The notes under the pieces: generated by a model | Databases searched by the model: none | What the model saw: only the letters and a program-made list of their open reading frames with translations | What the model was told of the DNA's origin: nothing | Made by a program: the position numbers and the translations under genes | Shown here: positions 8,640-16,985 of the stretch, one piece after another | Position numbering within the stretch: the first letter of the stretch is position 1 | Layout: the number at the start of each line of letters is the position of its first letter | Origin: a candidate division WWE3 bacterium CSP1-7 | GTDB lineage: Bacteria > Patescibacteriota > WWE3 > 9FT-COMBO-53-11 | Assembly: GCA_001443395.1 (NCBI GenBank) | Contig: LDXK01000005.1 | Location: 1-35,968, forward strand | Length of the DNA: 35,968 nucleotides | Direction of reading: 5' to 3'

Positions 8640-8726
8640 TGGTGCTAGGGGAGGGATTCGAACCCCCGTAGCCACAAGGGCACCTCGTCTACAGCGAGGC
8701 GCATTTGACCGCTCTGCCACCCTAGC
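8640..8726 (-). tRNA. tRNA-Tyr (GTA)
   Basis: Long variable arm, anticodon loop ctGTAga, CCA end. Confidence 0.96.
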
Positions 8727-8733
8727 AAACCTC

Positions 8734-8808
8734 TGGAGCCGGTGACAGGGATTGAACCTGTGACAACCTGTTTACAAAACAGGTGCTCTACCGCTGAGCT
8801 ACACCGGC
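8734..8808 (-). tRNA. tRNA-Thr (TGT)
   Basis: CCTGT-ttTGTaa-ACAGG anticodon arm, CCA end. Confidence 0.96.
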
Positions 8809-8810
8809 CT

Positions 8811-8992
8811 GCGGTTTATTTCGCGCTAGCGAAAGTAGCGATCTCCGATCGCGTCTAAAACAGCTGCTCTGCCGTTGTATCGTCCTCGCTAACGCTCGAA
8901 CGACCGGTAGTGCTCCTTGCGTGTGCACTACCTAGCTACCTCGACACGAACTGCCGAATTGCAACTCGCCACAGGCGAGACAGCACCTCGGC
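8811..8992 (-). repeat. Cluster of about four hairpin elements interleaved with tRNA-Thr-like 5' fragments
   Basis: Beta modules at 8835-8858 and 8902-8935, alpha-type at 8876-8903 and 8933-8985. Interspersed minus-strand pieces GCCGAGGT, AGCT, CAACGGCAGAGCAGCTGTTTT, TAAACCGC. Confidence 0.6.
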
Positions 8993-9038
8993 GAATATTA
9001 ACATTTTAACACGGGAATACTGCTAAAATGCCTCTAAG

Positions 9039-9593
9039 ATGCCCAATCACAACCAAGCACCAGCGAGGTTGCTAGGTTCGCCCAGCGAGCCGTCGAATGT
9101 TCGCCAGCAGATAATCCAAACCGCCATTGAGAGCATCGAGACCAAGATGCGGGCGCGCCGCTCCTGGATCGAAAGGCTGGAGGACCGGATTGCGGCGGTC
9201 TTCGGAACGACCGAGTTCCTCTTTCTTAATATTGCCTGGTTTGGGACCTGGCTGTTGCTCAACTCGGGGGTAATACCCGGGGTGAAGCCGTTTGATCCCT
9301 TCCCGCACATCTTTCTGACCACAACGGTTTCGCTAGAAGCCATCATTCTGGCCATCTTTGTCCTCATCACCCAAAACCGACAGGAACGGATTAATAGCCT
9401 GCGGGAGGAGATGGGACTGCAGATCGACACCATCACCGAACAGGAAAATACAAAAATTCTCAAAATCCTGGCCGAAATCCTGAAAAAAATGGGGGTGGAT
9501 GTCACCCATGACCCTGAACTCAAGCAGATGCTGGAGCCTCTCAACCAGGAGGAGATTGAACGTCAACTCGAGAATCAGCTTAAGAGGAAATAG
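9039..9593 (+). CDS. DUF1003-family membrane protein with a repeat-derived N-terminal segment
   Basis: FDPFPHIFLTTTVSLEAIILAIFVLITQNRQ signature; TGCTAAAAT extended -10 just upstream of the ATG. Confidence 0.85.
   Translation: MPNHNQAPARLLGSPSEPSNVRQQIIQTAIESIETKMRARRSWIERLEDRIAAVFGTTEFLFLNIAWFGTWLLLNSGVIPGVKPFDPFPHIFLTTTVSLEAIILAIFVLITQNRQERINSLREEMGLQIDTITEQENTKILKILAEILKKMGVDVTHDPELKQMLEPLNQEEIERQLENQLKRK
9050..9097 (+). repeat. 48-nt alpha+beta hairpin element inside the DUF1003 ORF
   Basis: 44/48 identical to 15794-15841. Confidence 0.92.
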
Positions 9594-9606
9594 GTAATAA
9601 GGTAAA

Positions 9607-9651
9607 TGGGCGGCCCAACGTTGTCGGACCTAGCTTTTTGCTGAGGCAAAA
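9607..9651 (-). repeat. Hairpin element (small alpha hairpin plus beta module)
   Basis: Minus strand ttttgc-ctca-gcaaaa-a-GCTA-GGTCCGAC-aac-GTTGGGCC-GCCCA. Confidence 0.65.
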
Positions 9652-9807
9652 AAAGAAGCCCACCCGGGCGTCGGCTCTTTGAGCTGAGCAAATCCCACGT
9701 AAAGAAAAGTGGGTCCCCGCATCCCCGGTCCAAGGACCGAGGAGATTGAGGGTCCCTGCTAAGCAAGTTTGCGGAATTGCTCACCGGCCAAACGAACCAG
9801 GCAGGCC
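9648..9807 (-). ncRNA. Rod-shaped ~160-nt RNA, candidate 6S RNA
   Basis: TGCTATATT -10 about 7 nt upstream. Closing stem GGCCTGCCTGG/CCGGGTGGGCT, TGAGCAATTCC/GGATTTGCTCA helix, central bubble, terminal TCCTCGGTCC/GGACCGGGGA stem, ends in a T tract. Confidence 0.6.
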
Positions 9808-9848
9808 AACCCGAATATAGCACATCTGCGGTGGGTGTTTCTCTGGAT

Positions 9849-10460
9849 TTAGATGCCTCTAAAGAAGAGTACCGCCGAGACCACGAAGAGAACCGCCCAC
9901 ACCCTCCGGTCCCACTTCAACACCTTCGCCCCGTCCAGAATCCCCAACGGCAGAAGATTAAAAAGAGCCAGCCAGGCGTTGATTTGATAACTGGAAGCGA
10001 CCAGGTCAATTCCACGGGTTTCATAGAGCGGCAGAACCAGGGAGACCCCGGCGAGGGAGAGCAATCCAAAGAACACCGCCAGAATAATGTTGACCACCGC
10101 TCCGGCCGCGGCGATCTTCCCGTAGGTGTCGACGCGCGTCACTCCTCCGATCACCACCGCCCCGGGGGCGGCGAAGACAAAACCGGTGAAAGAAAGGAGA
10201 ACCGCAAGAAGCAGGAACAGATCATCGGCGCGAAATTCGGCAAAAAGATGGTAACGCTGGGCCAGGAACTTGTGACCCAAGACCTCGTGCGCGATGAAGG
10301 AAAAACCAACGGTGATGGAGTAGATCGCAAAGGCCCGGATCAGAACCGGCAGGCCCAGGGTGGAGATGGATTCGAATCCCAGAATCGCGATCGCAATCGC
10401 CAGCGAAACCGCCACCCAGGCCTTGATCAAATCGCGAATTTCTTCGGGAGAAAAATTCAT
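9849..10460 (-). CDS. Site-2 protease / peptidase M50 family membrane protein
   Basis: AHEVLGH, IAAAGAVVN, FNLLPLGILDG motifs; multiple TM segments. Confidence 0.88.
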   Translation of the reverse strand: MNFSPEEIRDLIKAWVAVSLAIAIAILGFESISTLGLPVLIRAFAIYSITVGFSFIAHEVLGHKFLAQRYHLFAEFRADDLFLLLAVLLSFTGFVFAAPGAVVIGGVTRVDTYGKIAAAGAVVNIILAVFFGLLSLAGVSLVLPLYETRGIDLVASSYQINAWLALFNLLPLGILDGAKVLKWDRRVWAVLFVVSAVLFFRGI

Positions 10461-10525
10461 CAGTACAGCTTAGCGCAGAAGAACCTTCTGAAGCAATAAA
10501 CACAGTATGTTAAACTCTTCGAGTC

Positions 10526-10735
10526 ATGGCAAGAAAATGTGAAAATTGCAGCAAGGGATTTATGGCCGGACACGCCGTTGCCCACTCCAAACTGAGTTCG
10601 AACCGGAAATTTAGACCAAATCTCCAAAAATATTTGGGGAAATGGTTCTGTGCCTCCTGTCTGAAAAAGCTAAAAAGCTACTCGCAAACGCCGGCGGTCG
10701 TGACCACGGTTCCTTCATTAACAGCGACACAGTAG
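10526..10735 (+). CDS. rpmB: 50S ribosomal protein L28
   Basis: MARKCENCSKG..GHAVAHS...NRKFRPNLQ...CASCLK. Confidence 0.92.
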   Translation: MARKCENCSKGFMAGHAVAHSKLSSNRKFRPNLQKYLGKWFCASCLKKLKSYSQTPAVVTTVPSLTATQ

Positions 10736-12795
10736 GGTTCCCCATTTGCTCTATCGTATATTGTGATCCCCGTTGGAACTTCCGAATCACCCACCGTTAA
10801 GAACTTAACTTTGAGATTTTCAACGATGGCGGAAGCGATTTCAGCCATCTTAGTGATTAGCTTTTCGAACCATCCTTCTTCAGCTTCCACACCTATGAGT
10901 TTGAGCTGATCTGGAATCTCAACACTGGCGGTTCCTTCAGGAGTGATCTCCGTACCTGGATCCCACCATCCGGGGTTGACGAAAACTCTGATCTTGGAAA
11001 CCGAGTCCCCACTGTGAGAACCGAGAGCAACACCCACGATCCTTCCTTTTTCGGTCGCCTCGATACCAACACCGGGAATATCGGAAGCGGTAATCAAATC
11101 CCCGGGCTGAACATTACCGGTAACTTTTGTTAGAATCTGCCCCAAGAAACCCACAATCGCTTGATCTGCCTCGGGTTCCTCGGACTTAGCGTTCCCCACA
11201 AATCCGGCGGTATCAGACACTACTCCAATGGTATGTTCCCCGGTCACCGCTTTCTTCCCTGACCCTGAGATTGAGATGATGTCGCCTTGGCTAACCGGGG
11301 AAGAAACATCGACGTACTCGGCGTAGTCCGCCCCGCCCGTTTCGTAAGCTACCCCGCCACTATTGAGCCGAATCCTTCCCACTCCTGTTCCATCGTCCTC
11401 CCCGGTTGCACTCGCATAGAACGATATAAACCTCGAGCTGGCCCCGGACGTATCGTCGGTACCAAGACCCAATCGCAGAACTTGGACATCGGCATCATCG
11501 GTCGTCGTCAGATCCACTACCCGAGCGATTCCGTCCGAGCCGTAGTCCTCCAACACGCTGAGATAACCGAGAGTGCCGGTTGCCAAGCCAGTGAAAACTC
11601 CACTCTCAAAGAAGGAAGGCTGAATGGTGCGTAGTTCGCTGTCGTCCACCGTAAATAGCTCGATTGACGCCCCGTCCATAAGAACCCGAAAAGCCTCCCC
11701 AGTATCGTCATTATCATTATCGAGAAAGACGCCCACGTCAAAGTAAGATTCCAAACTAATCCCGTTGTTGAGCAGATTAAGCGCGTTAGTGGAATTGGCA
11801 GTAGTCCTAAGCTGCTCCCCGATCGTCAGGTTGCCGTTCATGTAGCTATCCCCAGCCTCCGCATAGACCGCCCAGATGTTGGTACAACCGGCACAGCTCT
11901 GGTTACCGATGAAGATACCGTAGTTGTCGGTGATGGTTCCTCCCCCGCTGTTGATCGGGCTGCCAATCAAAAGGCCGTAGGCCTCATTGATCGTCCCGGT
12001 GGAGAGGTTGGCGATCGCGGGGTTGTAGAAACCGATGGCGCGGTCGATCGTTCCCGTGCTGTTGTTCCCGACCGACGTATAAACCCCGACCGCTTCGGTG
12101 ACGTCGCCGGAGCTCATGTTGAGGAAGCTCCCCCGCACCCCCGCAACGGCATAGGCCGTCTCGCCGGAAACACCGTAGTACCGGGTACGGCCCTGAACTC
12201 CCATATAGATATTGGTACCAGGAGTGGCGTCGTCGGCATAGAGGAAGAGATCGAAGACACCGGATTTCACCAGAGAATCGGTTCCGGTAGTATCGGAGCG
12301 AAAAACGTGCAGGGGTTCCTCGGGAGCGGTGGTGCCGATTCCGACTCGATCCGTCACCGTCGTTAGCCGAACCGTTGCCCCGTCATCCGTCCAACCGGTG
12401 GCAGGAAATGTGTCGATGTAGTAGCTGCCAGACTGGCCGTCCAGAAGATCGGCATTTAAATTGTCAACCAGGCTGGTGCTGTTAACGACAAGAGGATCGG
12501 AGTCGGTGGCGGTCGAGATCAGTTGAGATCCCTCCAGATTTCCCACCAACGAAAGATTGAAATTTTCGTCCAGAACTCTGTCCAGAGTGACGGCGCTTCC
12601 CCCTTGCGTCAAAACCCCCCGAACCTCTCCGATCAACGGATAAAAACCGGACAGAATTCCGGAAACTACCAAAATGGAGAGAAGAATTTTGAGCTTGGAT
12701 TGGAATTTGGACCGTCTCTCGGGTGGAAGAGAACCAACCACCGAAACAGGCTGCGGTGCGTAAATCGTAACCGGACCCTGGGCAGGGACAGACAT
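10678..12795 (-). CDS. Membrane-anchored surface/fibre-like protein with a peptidase G2 (IMC)-like domain
   Basis: TM anchor, NLNADLLDG, RVGIGTTAP..LHV fibre motifs, GGADYAEY...IGVVS...GQILTKV...GDLITAS. Start ATG 12795 lies 7 nt after TGCTATGAT. Confidence 0.8.
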   Translation of the reverse strand: MSVPAQGPVTIYAPQPVSVVGSLPPERRSKFQSKLKILLSILVVSGILSGFYPLIGEVRGVLTQGGSAVTLDRVLDENFNLSLVGNLEGSQLISTATDSDPLVVNSTSLVDNLNADLLDGQSGSYYIDTFPATGWTDDGATVRLTTVTDRVGIGTTAPEEPLHVFRSDTTGTDSLVKSGVFDLFLYADDATPGTNIYMGVQGRTRYYGVSGETAYAVAGVRGSFLNMSSGDVTEAVGVYTSVGNNSTGTIDRAIGFYNPAIANLSTGTINEAYGLLIGSPINSGGGTITDNYGIFIGNQSCAGCTNIWAVYAEAGDSYMNGNLTIGEQLRTTANSTNALNLLNNGISLESYFDVGVFLDNDNDDTGEAFRVLMDGASIELFTVDDSELRTIQPSFFESGVFTGLATGTLGYLSVLEDYGSDGIARVVDLTTTDDADVQVLRLGLGTDDTSGASSRFISFYASATGEDDGTGVGRIRLNSGGVAYETGGADYAEYVDVSSPVSQGDIISISGSGKKAVTGEHTIGVVSDTAGFVGNAKSEEPEADQAIVGFLGQILTKVTGNVQPGDLITASDIPGVGIEATEKGRIVGVALGSHSGDSVSKIRVFVNPGWWDPGTEITPEGTASVEIPDQLKLIGVEAEEGWFEKLITKMAEIASAIVENLKVKFLTVGDSEVPTGITIYDRANGEPYCVAVNEGTVVTTAGVCE

Positions 12796-12843
12796 TAGGA
12801 AAATCATAGCAAAAATCAATAGCAAAATGCTATATGTAGAGTA

Positions 12844-14568
12844 ATGCGTCGGCTTGCCCAAACCTTAATCTTCCTCCTTTCCATTTCGTTTTTATCAGGA
12901 TTGGCCTTTGCCCAAACCCGAGGGGAGGGTGTTGGCACTCTCTTTTCTAACACCCAAGGGGACACCATCATTTCCATCACCGACGTAAAAACCGCCCCCT
13001 GGTCAGAGGTAATCGTGGAAAACGGGGCGGAAGAGATTCAAGCCGTTGCCAAGCTAGACGAAAAGGGACGGGTAAACTTCACCTTCGAAGCCGAGAGCGC
13101 AGACGTCGGAAACCTTTATATCTACGCTGTGGATGAGGCCGGGGTTACCAACAAAATCCTAATTACGGGGACTTCTCTGAGCGATGAAGTCCTTCCACCG
13201 ACGCTCGTCTCTAGAGATGAGGAAGGGTTGCCGGAAGACTCCATCAAACTAACCGGATTTAGCTATCCGGGTACGGTCATCAGTGTTGTCCTCACCTCCG
13301 ACCGCGGTTACAGCCAAACTCTAAGTGCCATCGCCGATACGACATCGGGATCATGGGGGATTTCCGCCGATTCACTCGTGAGCGGGAACTACACTGTCAA
13401 AGCAACGGCGGATCTTTTTGGAAAAATCAGCCAGGAGAGCCAGGCCCTCACCTTTGAAATTCCCTCCAGCGGCATCATCGATGACATCATCAAGCTGGTC
13501 GGGCTGCTCACCGCCGCCCTGACCTCCGGAGTTTCCAAGGCCCTGGAAAGTCTCACCCAATTCGTCCAAAACCTTCCCGAACCGGTCAAGCGCGCCGCCG
13601 ATACCGCCTCCAAAGCCGCGATCCCTCTCTCCCTGCTGGGACTCCTACTTCAATCCGGAGTGTCGACTCTCGAGGATCTGCTGGCGTTCTTCAACCGCTA
13701 CCTCTTCACCCTCGTCCGAATTCCCCTTTTCCCCCTCCTGCTCAAAAGGAAAAAAAGAAAGAAACCCTGGGGAGTTCTCTATGATTCTTTCACCAAAAAT
13801 CCCCTCACGGGCGGCCTGGTTCGTCTGCTGGGAGAGGCGGGCAATTTCATTGATATGGAGATAACCGGGGAATCCGGCGCCTTCTCCTTCGTACCGACTC
13901 CCGGGAAATACAAACTGGAGGCCTTGAAGGCCGGATATCTCTTCCCTTCCCAAGAGATCGTTGTGGAAAGAGACGGAGAGTACGACCGCATCTACCGAGG
14001 CGGGGTGATTGAGGTTATCGAAGACCAGCCTGTCATCGGAACCAACATCCCGATTGATCCGCGCGATATTCCCGAAGGAGCTCACATCCAGCGACTCTTT
14101 CGAAAGCACGGGCCGGTGTCCAATCTATTAATCCTAATTGGAGGATTGGTTCTCGCCGGCATTGCCTATCTCGCCGCTCCCGCCATTTACAACCAGCTGA
14201 TCGCCGGGTTCTATGTGGTAACCCTCTCACTGGTCACAGCCGATACCGTCAAAATTGAAAGAACCTGGGGGGTCGTCAAAGACGACGCCGGAAATCCCGT
14301 CGAAGCGGTGGCGCTGTCTCTGATTGAGATCGACTCGGGAAGATTGGTTAATCGCCGGGTTACCAACACCGTCGGCCACTACCAATTCGTCGCGCCGCGA
14401 GGGCGCTACAAAATCCTCATCGCCTCTTTCGACTGGGAAAGATTCGACCAGAGCGGATACTACGACGGCAGCGAGATCGCCGTGATGGAAGAAACCGAAA
14501 TCCTAAACCTCCCGATCGGTGTGAAGAAGAAACCGATCACGGCCCTGAAACGAAGGGAAACGATCTAG
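12844..14568 (+). CDS. Membrane protein with Ig-like and carboxypeptidase-regulatory-like domains
   Basis: Signal peptide, Ig-like segment, KKPWGVLYDS..T..PL, G.FSF...PGKY.L, and a second WGVVKD...TN..GHYQF repeat. Confidence 0.8.
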   Translation: MRRLAQTLIFLLSISFLSGLAFAQTRGEGVGTLFSNTQGDTIISITDVKTAPWSEVIVENGAEEIQAVAKLDEKGRVNFTFEAESADVGNLYIYAVDEAGVTNKILITGTSLSDEVLPPTLVSRDEEGLPEDSIKLTGFSYPGTVISVVLTSDRGYSQTLSAIADTTSGSWGISADSLVSGNYTVKATADLFGKISQESQALTFEIPSSGIIDDIIKLVGLLTAALTSGVSKALESLTQFVQNLPEPVKRAADTASKAAIPLSLLGLLLQSGVSTLEDLLAFFNRYLFTLVRIPLFPLLLKRKKRKKPWGVLYDSFTKNPLTGGLVRLLGEAGNFIDMEITGESGAFSFVPTPGKYKLEALKAGYLFPSQEIVVERDGEYDRIYRGGVIEVIEDQPVIGTNIPIDPRDIPEGAHIQRLFRKHGPVSNLLILIGGLVLAGIAYLAAPAIYNQLIAGFYVVTLSLVTADTVKIERTWGVVKDDAGNPVEAVALSLIEIDSGRLVNRRVTNTVGHYQFVAPRGRYKILIASFDWERFDQSGYYDGSEIAVMEETEILNLPIGVKKKPITALKRRETI

Positions 14569-14573
14569 AAAAG

Positions 14574-14604
14574 TTACTTAGGAGACTTAGGTTACTTGGG
14601 TTTC
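14574..14604 (+). repeat. 9-mer tandem array (NNNCTTAGG), left flank of the four-helix-bundle gene
   Basis: ttacttagg agacttagg ttacttggg tttc. Confidence 0.8.
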
Positions 14605-14948
14605 AAGGAGTTAGCTAAACCGAAGGTGAGAGAACCGACGTTGCTTCGCAAAATTTCCAGACTTTCGTACTCTTTCGGATTGAGATAATCTAGATCTAGC
14701 GCTAACTCAAAATAAACCTCTACTTCCGCTAGAGACCCGCGCGATATGGCAATGAACTGGGCAAACTCTTTCTTTGAATTTCGAGCCTGGCCTTCAACCA
14801 GATTCGCTAAAACAGAAACAGCGGCTCGCCGTAGTTGAGAGGTAAGACCGAACTGTTCGGAATTAGGAAATTTTTCTGACAAGCGGTAGGTCAGGATTAC
14901 TAGCTCGTATGCTTTTTGAGCCGCCTTAAGTTGTTTGTAACTTTTCAC
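14592..14948 (-). CDS. Four helix bundle protein (23S-IVS protein / Avd-like family)
   Basis: FPNSEQFGLTSQLRRAAVSVLANLVEG, F..ISRGSLAEV; probable GTG start at 14948 after gggag. Confidence 0.92.
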   Translation of the reverse strand: MKSYKQLKAAQKAYELVILTYRLSEKFPNSEQFGLTSQLRRAAVSVLANLVEGQARNSKKEFAQFIAISRGSLAEVEVYFELALDLDYLNPKEYESLEILRSNVGSLTFGLANSLKPK

Positions 14949-15019
14949 TGACTCCCTAGCATAAACCGAGAAAGCCACAAAATCAATCTAGGGGCGGGCG
15001 GAACCGCTACCTCGGGTTT

Positions 15020-15056
15020 CCTAAGTCACCTAAGCAACCTAAGAAACCCAAGTAGC
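15020..15056 (-). repeat. 9-mer tandem array, right flank, inverted relative to 14574-14604
   Basis: cctaagtca cctaagcaa cctaagaaa cccaagtag; 15043-15056 is the reverse complement of 14591-14604 at 13/14. Confidence 0.8.
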
Positions 15057-15057
15057 A

Positions 15058-15489
15058 TTACTTCAGTTCGACCTTCGCACCGGCATCCTCCAGCTTCTTC
15101 TTGGCGGATTCAGCGTCCTCTTTCTTCGCTCCCTCTAGGATCGCTTTTCCGGGATTATCGGCGAGACCCTTGGCCTCCGCCAGTCCCAGGTTTTGGTTGA
15201 TCTCGCGCAGAGCCTTGATCACCGAAATCTTGTTTGCCCCGGAATCCGCTAGAACAACATCGTAGGCGGCCTTCTCTTCCGCCGGAGCGGCTTCCCCTCC
15301 CGCCGGAACAGCACCGGCCGCAGGAGCGGCCATCGCTACCGGAGCCGAAGAGACACCAAACTTCTCTTCCAGAGCTTTAACCAATTCGTTCAACTCCAGA
15401 ACCGAAAGCTCCTCCACCGTTTTCAAAATATCCGCGGTTTTCTTGGAGAGCTTAATTTCCTTTTTTTCTTCTTGTTTTTCTTCAGCCAT
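15058..15489 (-). CDS. rplL: 50S ribosomal protein L7/L12
   Basis: [48 protein letters not shown]. Confidence 0.97.
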   Translation of the reverse strand: MAEEKQEEKKEIKLSKKTADILKTVEELSVLELNELVKALEEKFGVSSAPVAMAAPAAGAVPAGGEAAPAEEKAAYDVVLADSGANKISVIKALREINQNLGLAEAKGLADNPGKAILEGAKKEDAESAKKKLEDAGAKVELK

Positions 15490-16054
15490 TATCGACACCC
15501 CCTCTCGTTTTTGAAATCTGACTCAGAGCCATCACCAGCTTTCGCTGTGACGCTGATAAAACATACGCTAGTTTGTATATCGGGGAGAAAAGTTGCGAGA
15601 CCAAAATGGACTGCAGGACGGTTTTTCCGGGGAGCATCGCCAGTTCGGCAAATCCCTCGGCGGTCATTGGTTTTTTCTCAAAAAAGCCGAACTTAACTTC
15701 TCCCTTGGCCTTTTCCTTTAGATAAGAAACCATTACTTTGATGCTCTCGATGGGATCGGCGGAGCGGGAGAAAAGAGCCGCGGTCGGACCCTTCAACCGA
15801 ACACCAGCGAGGTTGCTAGGTTCGTCCAGCGAGCCGTCTAATCCTCCGTCTTTGAGTTCAGCTTTTTCCAAAGCCAAGCCAAGAAGGGTGTTCTTGACTA
15901 CGCGCAGGTCGGCTCCAAGAACCGCCAATCTCTTGCGGAGTTCAGACATTTCGACTACCGTTAATCCGGAGTAATCGGAAAACATCACCGCTCCTGACTC
16001 GGCGGCTTCCTTCGCTAGTTTCTCGACTTGGTTTATCTTTTCTTCGTTAACCAT
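15482..16054 (-). CDS. rplJ: 50S ribosomal protein L10 carrying a repeat-derived in-frame insertion
   Basis: [27 protein letters not shown]; operon position. Confidence 0.96.
   Translation of the reverse strand: MVNEEKINQVEKLAKEAAESGAVMFSDYSGLTVVEMSELRKRLAVLGADLRVVKNTLLGLALEKAELKDGGLDGSLDEPSNLAGVRLKGPTAALFSRSADPIESIKVMVSYLKEKAKGEVKFGFFEKKPMTAEGFAELAMLPGKTVLQSILVSQLFSPIYKLAYVLSASQRKLVMALSQISKTRGGVDNG
15794..15841 (+). repeat. 48-nt alpha+beta hairpin element inside rplJ
   Basis: 44/48 identical to 9050-9097; read on the rplJ strand as [16 protein letters not shown]. Confidence 0.92.
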
Positions 16055-16059
16055 CGCAA

Positions 16060-16157
16060 TAAAAAACCTCGGCTGTCCCGAGGAATTTAATCAACTAAGT
16101 AACTTAGCTATTCCTCGGTGGGATGATTAAGTCTTGCGACCCCCACTGTCTTCGGAC
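16060..16157 (-). promoter_or_regulatory. L10 leader (rplJL autoregulatory RNA) with attenuator-like hairpin
   Basis: Minus strand ccgaagacagtggggg...ttaat..cccaccgagg fits the L10-leader layout, then cctcgg/ccgagg plus T tract just before rplJ. Confidence 0.75.
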
Positions 16158-16174
16158 ACTTCAATATACCTGAT

Positions 16175-16984
16175 TTACTTCAAACTTTCAAGATCAACTC
16201 TGACCGACGGCCCCATCGTCGGTGCCAGAAAGACCGACAGAATGAAGTTTCCGGTGATCTTCGCCGGTTTGAGGCGGTTGACCTCTGCCACCACCGCTTT
16301 GAGATTGGCGATGAGATCTTCGTCCGGAGTGGAAACCTTCCCGATCGAAACGTGCACGATCGAAGAGACCTCGGTTCTGATTTCGATTCTCCCCTGCTTA
16401 AACTGTCCCACCAGATCGGCCGGATTATCCGTCACCGTTCCCGCTTTGGGAGTAGGCATCAGCCCCTTCGGACCAAGAAAACGAGCGATTCGGGCTAGCT
16501 TCGCCATAAAAAGCGGGGTGGATACGACGGCGTCGACATCGGGAAGTTTTCCCTGCGCGATGCTTTCGATTAGGGCGTCGTCCCCGATCGCATCGGCGCC
16601 CGCTTCCTGAGCTTTCTTGGCCACCTCTCCCTCCGCAAAGACTAAAACCTTCACGGTCTTTCCAGTGCTGTGGGGAAGTGCCAAGAAACTGCGGAGCTGA
16701 TGCTCCGGTTTGTCTCTTTCGAGATCCAGATTGATGTGGGCGTCAATTGCGGCGTCAAACTCGGTCGTAGAAGCCCCTTTCACCAGTTTTACCGCCTCCC
16801 CCAAAGGATAAGCGCGCGGCTCCATTTTCTTCTTGGCTTCCTGATACTTCTTTCCTCGAACCTTTTTGGGACGATGGGAAACGGATTTCTTGACCTTTTT
16901 CGACGGCTCTTTTTTGTCCTCCGGCGAATTTGCTTTGGGAGTTTCTTCTTCAGCTGGGATTACTTTTGGTTTTCTTCCGCCCAT
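16175..16984 (-). CDS. rplA: 50S ribosomal protein L1 with a Lys-rich N-terminal extension
   Basis: LPHSTGK, LGPKGLMPTPKAGTVT, VHVSIGK, TMGPSV. Confidence 0.97.
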   Translation of the reverse strand: MGGRKPKVIPAEEETPKANSPEDKKEPSKKVKKSVSHRPKKVRGKKYQEAKKKMEPRAYPLGEAVKLVKGASTTEFDAAIDAHINLDLERDKPEHQLRSFLALPHSTGKTVKVLVFAEGEVAKKAQEAGADAIGDDALIESIAQGKLPDVDAVVSTPLFMAKLARIARFLGPKGLMPTPKAGTVTDNPADLVGQFKQGRIEIRTEVSSIVHVSIGKVSTPDEDLIANLKAVVAEVNRLKPAKITGNFILSVFLAPTMGPSVRVDLESLK

Positions 16985-16985
16985 T

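Noticed and set aside
9575-9823. 82-aa minus-strand ORF
   Set aside because: It coincides with the rod-shaped RNA and a hairpin element, and has no plausible start signal or protein features.
1-12795. Prophage, based on tail-fibre-like proteins
   Set aside because: No integrase, terminase, capsid or portal genes; the proteins sit among housekeeping genes and one has a TM anchor.
14988-15015. Possible further beta-module copy (cta-ggggcgg...ccgctacc)
   Set aside because: Stem is imperfect and the GTC tag is missing; not counted.
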